A DNA stretch of 64,000 nt from Eledone cirrhosa (lineage: Eukaryota): the NCBI GenBank assembly GCA_964016885.1, contig OZ024742.1, forward strand, positions 122,822,001 through 122,886,000, read 5' to 3'. Below the pieces are notes generated by a model that saw only the letters and a list, made by a program, of their open reading frames with translations, did no database searches and was not told where the DNA came from. The first letter of the stretch is position 1. Each line of letters begins with the position of its first letter. Position numbers and translations under genes: made by a program. Shown here in pieces: positions 1 to 11,246 of this stretch.

Positions 1-331
1 GTTACCAGAAATTGTTTTTTTTATATTTTTAATATTTTTATGTTTTTCTATATATTTACTCCATATAGATTTACTTATTGTTTCGACTACAACCGCCCCC
101 CCCCCCCCCGTCCCCTTCTCTAGTATTCTTTTTTCGACCTTCTTTCCTTAGAATCTGATGTAGTTGTCACTTTCAACGTTCGACTGAGTTTCCTCCACTC
201 CCTCTCCCCCTTTCTTCTACTGGCAAGCTCAGCTACCCCTACCACCCAAAAAATGCCATGATAGAATCATGGATCTCAACAACAAACTTTTGACGAATCC
301 TTGTGACAATCACGTTTACCATATATGGAAT

Positions 332-429
332 GACCCCCTGAGATGTTCGGCTATTCATTTACCACGATAAAAAATTTCCTTTAGTCCGGAATTAGCCATC
401 GAAACGGCTTGAGCTCAGCTGTCGGGGTC
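332..429 (+). ncRNA. degenerate type I hammerhead ribozyme motif
   Basis: Stem I GACCCC(332-337)/GGGGTC(424-429). Core CTGAGA is one base short of CUGANGA. Long imperfect stem II (GGCTA/TAGCC), GAAA at 401-404, stem III ACGGCT/AGCTGT, GUC triplet. (TA)n follows. Confidence 0.55.
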
Positions 430-438
430 CTACTTGTT

Positions 439-480
<42 letters not shown>

Positions 481-600
481 TATAGACATAGAATATTCGA
501 AAATATTCTGTATGTTTATAATAAACATTTTGAAGACCTAATCGCTATAGAATAGAATACGTCACGTATTACAATTAGATTCTCGATAAAAGCAAGGGAA

Positions 601-643
601 GTAATCTACGCGTTTCATTCTTGTTAGAAATCATCAGGACTAC
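601..643 (-). ncRNA. minimal type I hammerhead ribozyme (left arm; also 911-953, 1221-1263, 1531-1573, 1841-1883, truncated 2151-2187)
   Basis: Reverse complement reads GTAGTC-CTGATGA-TTTCTAACAAGAAT-GAAA-CGCG-TA-GATTAC. Confidence 0.9.
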
Positions 644-2418
644 ATATCCAGTGCTTTTATCGGGAATGACACAGCTAGAGACTTATAGAATACTTAGCTG
701 TGTACAGGAACTGGTTTGAAAGAGCGGTTGCCGGTCCGGCAGAAATTAGAAATTGGAATAAATGCTCTGAAATAGCGATATATATGTGAATATAGACATA
801 GAATATTCGAAAATATTCTGTATGTTTATAATAAACATTTTGAAGACCTAATCGCTATAGAATAGAATACGTCACGTATTACAATTAGATTCTCGATAAA
901 AGCAAGGGAAGTAATCTACGCGTTTCATTCTTGTTAGAAATCATCAGGACTACATATCCAGTGCTTTTATCGGGAATGACACAGCTAGAGACTTATAGAA
1001 TACTTAGCTGTGTACAGGAACTGGTTTGAAAGAGCGGTTGCCGGTCCGGCAGAAATTAGAAATTGGAATAAATGCTCTGAAATAGCGATATATATGTGAA
1101 TATAGACATAGAATATTCGAAAATATTCTGTATGTTTATAATAAACATTTTGAAGACCTAATCGCTATAGAATAGAATACGTCACGTATTACAATTAGAT
1201 TCTCGATAAAAGCAAGGGAAGTAATCTACGCGTTTCATTCTTGTTAGAAATCATCAGGACTACATATCCAGTGCTTTTATCGGGAATGACACAGCTAGAG
1301 ACTTATAGAATACTTAGCTGTGTACAGGAACTGGTTTGAAAGAGCGGTTGCCGGTCCGGCAGAAATTAGAAATTGGAATAAATGCTCTGAAATAGCGATA
1401 TATATGTGAATATAGACATAGAATATTCGAAAATATTCTGTATATTTATAATAAACATTTTGAAGACCTAATCGCTATAGAATAGAATACGTCACGTATT
1501 ACAATTAGATTCTCGATAAAAGCAAGGGAAGTAATCTACGCGTTTCATTCTTGTTAGAAATCATCAGGACTACATATCCAGTGCTTTTATCGGGAATGAC
1601 ACAGCTAGAGACTTATAGAATACTTAGCTGTGTACAGGAACTGGTTTGAAAGAGCGGTTGCCGGTCCGGCAGAAATTAGAAATTGGAATAAATGCTCTGA
1701 AATAGCGATATATATGTGAATATAGACATAGAATATTCGAAAATATTCTGTATGTTTATAATAAACATTTTGAAGACCTAATCGCTATAGAATAGAATAC
1801 GTCACGTATTACAATTAGATTCTCGATAAAAGCAAGGGAAGTAATCTACGCGTTTCATTCTTGTTAGAAATCATCAGGACTACATATCCAGTGCTTTTAT
1901 CGGGAATGACACAGCTAGAGACTTATAGAATACTTAGCTGTGTACAGGAACTGGTTTGAAAGAGCGGTTGCCGGTCCGGCAGAAATTAGAAATTGGAATA
2001 AATGCTCTGAAATAGCGATATATATGTGAATATAGACATAGAATATTCGAAAATATTCTGTATGTTTATAATAAACATTTTGAAGACCTAATCGCTATAG
2101 AATAGAATACGTCACGTATTACAATTAGATTCTCGATAAAAGCAAGGGAAGTAATCTACGCGTTTCATTCTTGTTAGAAATCATCAGTGACGTATTCTAT
2201 TCTATAGCGATTAGGTCTTCAAAATGTTTATTATAAACATACAGAATATTTTCGAATATTCTATGTCTATATTCACATATATATCGCTATTTCAGAGCAT
2301 TTATTCCAATTTCTAATTTCTGCCGGACCGGCAACCGCTCTTTCAAACCAGTTCCTGTACACAGCTAAGTATTCTATAAGTCTCTAGCTGTGTCATTCCC
2401 GATAAAAGCACTGGATAT

Positions 2419-2461
2419 GTAGTCCTGATGATTTCTAACAAGAATGAAACGCGTAGATTAC
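2419..2461 (+). ncRNA. minimal type I hammerhead ribozyme (right arm; also starting 2729, 3039, 3349, 3659, 3969, 4279)
   Basis: Stem I GTAGTC/GATTAC, extended by CGATAAAAGCA(2400-2410)/TGCTTTTATCG(2468-2478). Core CTGATGA 2425-2431, stem II TTCT-AACA-AGAA, GAAA 2446-2449, palindromic stem III ACGCGT, GUA triplet. Predicted cleavage after 2455. Confidence 0.92.
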
Positions 2462-4479
2462 TTCCCTTGCTTTTATCGAGAATCTAATTGTAATACGTGA
2501 CGTATTCTATTCTATAGCGATTAGGTCTTCAAAATGTTTATTATAAACATACAGAATATTTTCGAATATTCTATGTCTATATTCACATATATATCGCTAT
2601 TTCAGAGCATTTATTCCAATTTCTAATTTCTGCCGGACCGGCAACCGCTCTTTCAAACCAGTTCCTGTACACAGCTAAGTATTCTATAAGTCTCTAGCTG
2701 TGTCATTCCCGATAAAAGCACTGGATATGTAGTCCTGATGATTTCTAACAAGAATGAAACGCGTAGATTACTTCCCTTGCTTTTATCGAGAATCTAATTG
2801 TAATACGTGACGTATTCTATTCTATAGCGATTAGGTCTTCAAAATGTTTATTATAAACATACAGAATATTTTCGAATATTCTATGTCTATATTCACATAT
2901 ATATCGCTATTTCAGAGCATTTATTCCAATTTCTAATTTCTGCCGGACCGGCAACCGCTCTTTCAAACCAGTTCCTGTACACAGCTAAGTATTCTATAAG
3001 TCTCTAGCTGTGTCATTCCCGATAAAAGCACTGGATATGTAGTCCTGATGATTTCTAACAAGAATGAAACGCGTAGATTACTTCCCTTGCTTTTATCGAG
3101 AATCTAATTGTAATACGTGACGTATTCTATTCTATAGCGATTAGGTCTTCAAAATGTTTATTATAAACATACAGAATATTTTCGAATATTCTATGTCTAT
3201 ATTCACATATATATCGCTATTTCAGAGCATTTATTCCAATTTCTAATTTCTGCCGGACCGGCAACCGCTCTTTCAAACCAGTTCCTGTACACAGCTAAGT
3301 ATTCTATAAGTCTCTAGCTGTGTCATTCCCGATAAAAGCACTGGATATGTAGTCCTGATGATTTCTAACAAGAATGAAACGCGTAGATTACTTCCCTTGC
3401 TTTTATCGAGAATCTAATTGTAATACGTGACGTATTCTATTCTATAGCGATTAGGTCTTCAAAATGTTTATTATAAACATACAGAATATTTTCGAATATT
3501 CTATGTCTATATTCACATATATATCGCTATTTCAGAGCATTTATTCCAATTTCTAATTTCTGCCGGACCGGCAACCGCTCTTTCAAACCAGTTCCTGTAC
3601 ACAGCTAAGTATTCTATAAGTCTCTAGCTGTGTCATTCCCGATAAAAGCACTGGATATGTAGTCCTGATGATTTCTAACAAGAATGAAACGCGTAGATTA
3701 CTTCCCTTGCTTTTATCGAGAATCTAATTGTAATACGTGACGTATTCTATTCTATAGCGATTAGGTCTTCAAAATGTTTATTATAAACATACAGAATATT
3801 TTCGAATATTCTATGTCTATATTCACATATATATCGCTATTTCAGAGCATTTATTCCAATTTCTAATTTCTGCCGGACCGGCAACCGCTCTTTCAAACCA
3901 GTTCCTGTACACAGCTAAGTATTCTATAAGTCTCTAGCTGTGTCATTCCCGATAAAAGCACTGGATATGTAGTCCTGATGATTTCTAACAAGAATGAAAC
4001 GCGTAGATTACTTCCCTTGCTTTTATCGAGAATCTAATTGTAATACGTGACGTATTCTATTCTATAGCGATTAGGTCTTCAAAATGTTTATTATAAACAT
4101 ACAGAATATTTTCGAATATTCTATGTCTATATTCACATATATATCGCTATTTCAGAGCATTTATTCCAATTTCTAATTTCTGCCGGACCGGCAACCGCTC
4201 TTTCAAACCAGTTCCTGTACACAGCTAAGTATTCTATAAGTCTCTAGCTGTGTCATTCCCGATAAAAGCACTGGATATGTAGTCCTGATGATTTCTAACA
4301 AGAATGAAACGCGTAGATTACTTCCCTTGCTTTTATCGAGAATCTAATTGTAATACGTGACGTATTCTATTCTATAGCGATTAGGTCTTCAAAATGTTTA
4401 TTATAAACATACAGAATATTTTCGAATATTCTATGTCTATATTCACATATATATCGCTATTTCAGAGCATTTATTCCAA

Positions 4480-4573
<94 letters not shown>

Positions 4574-4768
4574 CATATATATAAATATATATATCAAAAG
4601 GTGTATTAATTATGCAGCTTGATGAGTATTAATGAGAATTCTAAACGGCTCTACAAGCTTAGAAACGATATGTTTTCCAAATAATGATTAGTTCTCTATT
4701 TATAATGGATAGAGGGCTTAAATTATAGTAGGATTCTTAATTATTCAATTAAGAGTATCATCGCACGC

Positions 4769-4800
<32 letters not shown>

Positions 4801-5329
4801 ATATATATATATATATATACACACGCACACACATATATACATATATATCTATATATATATGTGTATACATCATAATGTACACACACACATATATATATAT
4901 ATATGTATATGTATATATATACATATGTGTGCATCTAGTGTGTGTTTGTATGTTGTGTGAATGTTGCCCAATCCCAATTACAGTTACGAAGGATATGCGT
5001 TGTACAAATGATTTATAATTCTACGAATTAATGTTCAAAAGTTTATTAACATACATAAAATGCATTAGTATCCAAGTATATACTACGAATATAAAGACAC
5101 GTTAAACACTCTTTACAAATCATTAAAATTATGTTGATGGTGATTATATAATTATTCATTTTTACAAAACATATGATCCAATAGTCCCAAATCTGTTTAT
5201 CACTATTAAGGCAAACCTCAATTTCCAGAAATGCTCCCAATGGAGTTACATCTCCTAGGTCAAAATTGTTGTGCTCTGCTTCGTCTGACATCGAGATGGT
5301 ATAGGCATCAAGCCAGCTGAAAGCAGAAC

Positions 5330-5800
5330 CACTGTGGTTGCATAACAGGCCAACCTCTACGAAACGGGCGTTACGGCAGCTTCACAATCCCCACATGTAC
5401 CGTTTTCTTACCTCTGGTACATTCCTCACTAACAGCACGTCTCCTCACCTCTTCTCCCCACATTCACCAGATTTATCGTCCTCAGAATCCGCATCTCCAA
5501 CGTCTCCATCCCCAATATATTAATCGTTTTCGCTCCGTCGTCCTATCGTCTTCGTCTGTAATTGTCCAACTGACCGTATTTCGGCTTTTCTTGACTTCAT
5601 TCTTATACACATTGGAGTCACCCTACAATTCCAGATTTCCAACACTAACCGAGGCGTTCGCACCTTTCGCTTCTTTTCTACTCAGCTTGTCCACCCCTCC
5701 TACTCTTCTCACTCGACACCCACCAGCCCCTCTATGTCTTGATCCTCCACAACGTGAGTCTCCATAGATCTTTTCTATTCCCCTGAACTCACCAGTTCTA
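5330..5800 (+). pseudogene. Penelope-like RT remnant
   Basis: Near 5560-5605 translates to NCPTDRISAFLDFIL, matching the PLE RT motif CPTHRLSNFVDIIL in the 16.3-kb ORF. The rest is frameshifted. Confidence 0.65.
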
Positions 5801-6429
5801 CACTATATTTATTGTCTCTGTGATTTACATTTTGCAACTGTTTATATATATATATATATACATTCTAATGACTTTGTGAAAAACAAGTGACGTGACTCAC
5901 TATTTAGCTTTAATAAAATTAGTGTATATATCTACATATATTCGTAGGTAGTTGGCAGACGACGTGTTTCTTTGTTTTTCCCTTTTTTTCTTATTTCCCA
6001 CCGTTCGTTCCTCTTCCATCTCTTAAGCTTTCTATGTTGTCTTCTATTTCTAACTCTATCTTCTGACAAAGGAAGATTGTCCGAAATATTAAGACACATT
6101 TCCTTGCGTTTCAAGCGTTAAACTAATATATTTCTTTAATGTACTATGTCATTTACTTTTGTTATTTATGTTTAATTTTTAGATACACACACAATGGCAT
6201 TTCGGAGAAACTAAAATTTTTAGTTTAACGCCAACTCATTCTGTCTGTCATATTGTCGTCGATTTACGTTCATTAACATACATAATGGTGTAATAGGATT
6301 GTAAAGTTAAGTGTAGGGAATTCTAAATACATCTCGATTAATTTATTTACGGATAAACTCTATAATAAGGAGAATTCTAACAATAAAAAGGGGCTGACAT
6401 GTTTTCTGACAGATGGCACTTGACATAGG

Positions 6430-6950
6430 TTTATATCACATTTTAGTCCGGCTAACAGTATACCTAGATTAAAGAAATCCAGCCGTGTATTTAGGCTGTT
6501 TTTAGATGACGGTTGTGGAAGTATATTCCAATTTTCGGCTGTACATAAATAATCAATTTTCGCTCCGTTAATAATAGGGGTGGATATTTCCAGTATCCTC
6601 CACTATGGAGAACTCTGCAATTTTATTTGATCTTCCACGCGTGGTTTGCGACGTTAGTTAAATGTTTTTTGTCAGGATGTTTGAAGGTCGTTTCTTGGTT
6701 CAGGAAACGCCTTTTGAAACTGCTTCATGTGATACCTACATGAATCTAAGCTTCTATTTGGTGGTTTGGGATTCTGGAGGTCCCTTCTGATTTATTTATC
6801 ACCGTTGGGTTGTTGCACTGTTATTCAATGGGGCATGCTTCATCCCTCCATCATGAACACCTGGAAGGTGGAAGGGACTTGTGTTTGTTTTTGGTGCGGG
6901 ATGTCAGGTTTTTAGCACTTGTATGGTGCTTATTAATCTGCCGATATTTA
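6430..6950 (-). pseudogene. Naiad-like PLE GIY-YIG/C-terminal remnant
   Basis: Minus strand gives CS*WRDEACPIE*QC...VGIT*SSFKRRF...TFKHPDK...ANHAWKIK...WRIL...YLCTAE...SLNTR, collinear with the ORF at 18870-19571. Confidence 0.7.
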
Positions 6951-7249
6951 TATCCTACAGGGAAGTGTGAAAAGTGTGTGTGTGCATATGTGCGCGTGTG
7001 TCTGTGTGTACTAAATATCTATCTATCTAGGGCGGGTAAAATTCCCGAGATATATTTGTCTAAGTGACAGCTGATCCATCATCCACTGGCCCTCCCTGTG
7101 GCTCTCAACCAGCAGAGTCTTAACGACCTGACTGTTCCTTGACAGTGCAGGTAGGGGCTCTAAACCTAGTGCTGTTTAATCGACTCTCCATGATTTTTTT
7201 CGGTGGCTGATAATATCTTACCGGCGCCACTCGAATAAGATAATTATTT

Positions 7250-7410
7250 AACCCATGAATGGGGCACTAATAGATACTACTACTACGGGCCAGAGCAGAA
7301 CTGGCAGTGATAACAACTAAGGGGTAATTCCACATTCCCCACAGCTCCTGAACTCTCGAACTGGAGCCTTGCTACTGGATGTAGTTTAATGTTATACCCA
7401 AGACAAATAT
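7250..7410. repeat. probable interspersed SINE-like repeat fragment
   Basis: GC-richer segment resembling, from recall, a common cephalopod repeat. There is no second copy in the window. Confidence 0.3.
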
Positions 7411-7496
7411 TAAGGCTCGTTAAACGTTTTCAGATAGAATTCACATTGGATAGTATCATTTAATTTCTGGAAATGTATTTGATTGATACTTATTAA

Positions 7497-7650
7497 AATA
7501 ATTGTTTCTACTTTTGGCACAATGCCAGTAATTAACCAGTACATTACTGGTACTTTATTTTATCGACGCCGTAAGGATGAAAGGCAAAGTTAACCTCGGC
7601 GGGATTTGAACTCAGAATGGCAAGGGCCGTAACTCTATACGTCAAAGCAT
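7497..7650 (-). mobile_element. tRNA-derived SINE
   Basis: Reverse complement of the SINE at 42300-42480 (B-box GAGTTCAAATCC, core CTTTGCCTTTCATCCTTACG-CGTCGATAAAATAAAGTACCAG, tail AGAAACAATTAT). Confidence 0.85.
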
Positions 7651-9056
7651 GACATTACTATTTTACTTAAATGATTTTGTTTTTGCGTTTATATTTTTAA
7701 TCAGCGCATCGTTTTTAGCAATATATACACCCTATTAAAGGGAACAAACGAAATAGGAAATAAAAAAAACAAAAACAACAAAGGAATTAAGCAGCGAACG
7801 AAAGGGAGAGGTGAGAGAAAGGAGGGGCAGACACTACACCAAATTCAGAGCGCTGCCTCAGCCGCACCCCGAGGACAAAACGACAAATGTCTGTCATACC
7901 TCGGTATTTATCTATCTTCCTCTCTTCTTCTCTACGGGCAATGGAACCAGAGTTTGGCACGTTGCATATATACTTTGTTATAAATGTAGTAATTCTTCAA
8001 TCGGAATGTCATAATGAGCTACCGAATTGTCCGTGCTTATAAAAATAGCCTTGTCTTTTATAACAATTTTAACACTATGAGTCATATTATTAAATAGCAT
8101 ATAGCCCTAGCTACAAGAGATAATATATATTAGGATATGCATGAATCTCATCAAATTCAAATAAATTCTCTCATTTTCAATACCGTCCTATAGATCATTT
8201 TTACAATGTTGGGTATTCACATTCCATAAGTATCATAGTCTCGAGAGATAAATAGAAAATTTATGAACATAAAATGGATGTATTCTTGAACGTTTAAGTA
8301 CATTCAATAATTTAATCATTTTATTTTATTGAAATCGTAGTACAGAAGCCGCAGTAACACAAGAAGAAGACCGGGTTAAAATTTTCGAGATGAAATATCC
8401 GTTGGTGTCCACAATTAGAATATATTTGTTCAAACAGCATAATTCCTACGTGTAAGTGGCTGAGTATTTCGCATTTAATTGAAACTGAACATAAATCTTG
8501 TTCGAGAACACTCAGACTATTGATAGCGAGTTGAGAACCCCTCCATGCTTTTATTCTACTTGTCTCCACATCGTACTCTGTATTCATGAAGCCACCCACC
8601 TCCTCAATCTCCGAATCATCTAGTGTATAAATTTGTTTATTTGATGCTAAATCAAGGAGATATCCTAACCAGACAATGATAGTATCCTCGAATAACAAAT
8701 ACCCCCACAACTTGGGAAGAGAAAGAAATTACTCCTGTATTGGTAACTTACCTATCAATACTCCCGAATAGATAAAAGTTACAATTTAATTGGGTTAACA
8801 GTAGAACTAATTGTAAAATATTTTCTCACGGTGTAACGACTCTACTACTGTAATACCTATAAATGTTGAACCAATGCTAACCCTTTAGCATTTAAACCGG
8901 CTATATACGGCCAGAATTCTGTTACTTTATTTTTCCAGCTGGCGGCATATAATGACATTGTTATTGTTCTCAAAATAAATAAAATCAAAATATTGTAGAT
9001 TCGATATTATGCGTGATAACTATGAAATAAAACCTATACCACAAATATACAATAGC

Positions 9057-9092
<36 letters not shown>

Positions 9093-9134
9093 TAATGTAA
9101 ATATTAAGGATTAAAAGAAACTTCTATAAATGGT

Positions 9135-9300
9135 TTCTGATTCAGGCACAAAGCCATCAATTGTAGGTGTTGGGAAAGTCAATTAAATCGACTCCAGCGC
9201 ATTGCTGGTGCTTTATTTTATCAACCCCGTAAAGATGAAAGGCAAAGCTCACATCGACATGATGTGAGCTCGGAGCGTAAACGGCTGTAACTCTATTCCA
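9135..9300 (-). mobile_element. tRNA-derived SINE (diverged)
   Basis: Same core TTTATTTTATCAACCCCGTAAAGATGAAAGGCAAAG in reverse orientation. Confidence 0.75.
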
Positions 9301-10151
9301 CAAAACTTGTTGACCGACGCCATATGTATACTGACAATCTACCGTCTTTAAGCTGCTGTTGTAAATAGATATCCAATTTAAATATACGTTATGAAAGGAC
9401 TTATGCATTCGAATAATTGTACTTCACCATATAGTAATTGATGGAATATGGCAGGTAGCATATGTATATTAATATTTGAAATTAATATGTAGTGCGTTCA
9501 ACGAAATTATTCATTTCTTTATTCACATATATTCTTACGATTTCTTTCGAAGTCAGTCTACTGGTAGTATAATGCCTATATTATTACTGAATGTTTAACA
9601 GCATTCATCTACAGTTATACATAAGGGATGTAACGTTTTCTGTGAAACGTTGCCAATCACAGTGTTCCAAATACTGAGCAAATCTGTTCTATTAAGTGAT
9701 ATTACCGAATACATACCCCCTCCCCCCACACACACATACACACACACACACACGTACACACACACACACATACACTCACACACATATATATATGTATATG
9801 TAATCCTGAAATATAAGTCAACAGGTTATATTTCACTTCATTTATTTATAATCGCTGTTATCTATATACTACTAAAACTCTGTGATTTTGTGCTTGTCTA
9901 TAATTTAATACAACCAAAATGCCGCATAATGGGGAAATACTTTGAAAGGAAGTTTCAACTGAAATGGAACTACAAATGGAATAAAACAAGTTTCGTATAA
10001 ATTGGAGCACCATCCCCGAGATACGGGCATTTTCCGGGTACCTTCATAAATACAGACAGAGAAGGATAGAGAGAAATAGACAGTGGTTGTGAGAGAGTAG
10101 AGTTAAAGAGATACATTGAGAGAGTTTACAGAGTGTATGAGAGAAAGAGGG

Positions 10152-10153
<2 letters not shown>

Positions 10154-10239
<86 letters not shown>
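10154..10239. repeat. (GA)n microsatellite
   Basis: Seen directly. Confidence 0.95.
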
Positions 10240-10242
<3 letters not shown>

Positions 10243-10468
10243 TGATATTGTTGAATGAAATTGTAACAAGTGACTTCATATAACCGAATACAGCATTACT
10301 GTATCTAACTAATATTTGGTGACTGAATATTAAGTCATAGGTATCATATAACTTTTGGTAGGACAGGAGCTGTGTAGCGAATATTTCCTGCTAAATAGTA
10401 AGGGCTTATAAGTCAGTGTGTATATATGTGTGTGTGTAAATAAATATATATATATATTATATATATAT

Positions 10469-10764
10469 ATATCATATAAAACGAAAAATCAGTGATGCAT
10501 CTGAACTCAATTTATTGTGTGTTACAATTGTTTCGCCGGCGGACAGCTCGAGACACGATCATTGTGTGGATCTGTCTGATCCTGTATCCGCAAGTTGGAC
10601 GGACACGTCTAATGATTTCAGTAGACGTGTCCGTCGAACCTGCGGATCCAGAATCAGACAGATCCACACAATGATCGTGTCTCGAGCTGTCCGCCGGCGA
10701 AACAATTGTAACACACAATAAATTGAATTCAGATGCATCACTGATTTTTCGTTTTATATGATAT
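10469..10764. repeat. long fold-back palindrome (~143-bp arms, ~10-nt loop)
   Basis: The arms are reverse complements with few mismatches, and the ORF track gives mirror-image ORFs on the two strands. Confidence 0.95.
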
Positions 10765-10836
10765 CACACTCTGCTCTGTAAGAACATAGAGTGCTCAACC
10801 GGCATACCGCTTATGGAAGCATCTTAGCTACCATCA

Positions 10837-10973
<137 letters not shown>

Positions 10974-11246
10974 CTGTGTGTCTGTGACCAGTGTTTATTG
11001 GTCTCAGACACAGACACATATGGGCCTTCCAATTTCATTTTACATTATGTACATGTCTGTGTATATTTTAATTATTTAACAATTGTTTTTATTTGAACAT
11101 GACCCAACGGTTTACTGGTTGTGTAGTTTAATTATACGCCTGAGTATAAATACCCACTTGTTTACTTCGTCAAATGATCTAACCTATATACACATGTGTC
11201 AGTGATGCACTAGCACATGCTTTAATTAATTGTATATATATATATA

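Larger units (their letters stand above)
477..4487. repeat. 310-bp tandem array with internal inversion; non-LTR retrozyme-like element
   Basis: Unit marker TATAGACATA recurs at 481, 791, 1101, 1411, 1721 and 2031 (period 310, ~5.5 copies to 2187). The reverse complement then runs 2187-4487 (~7.4 copies). I saw only one substitution (position 1444). (TA)n flanks both ends. Confidence 0.97.

Noticed and set aside
477-4487. CRISPR array or coding repeat
   Set aside because: Units are identical with no unique spacers, there are no cas genes or ORFs, and the context is eukaryotic.
8050-8920. Possible piggyBac relic (also 24800-25600)
   Set aside because: Only faint motif resemblance (SFRGH, AACCCTTT end). 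It cannot be supported without a profile search.
10492-10741. Four overlapping mirror ORFs
   Set aside because: Artefact of the palindrome.
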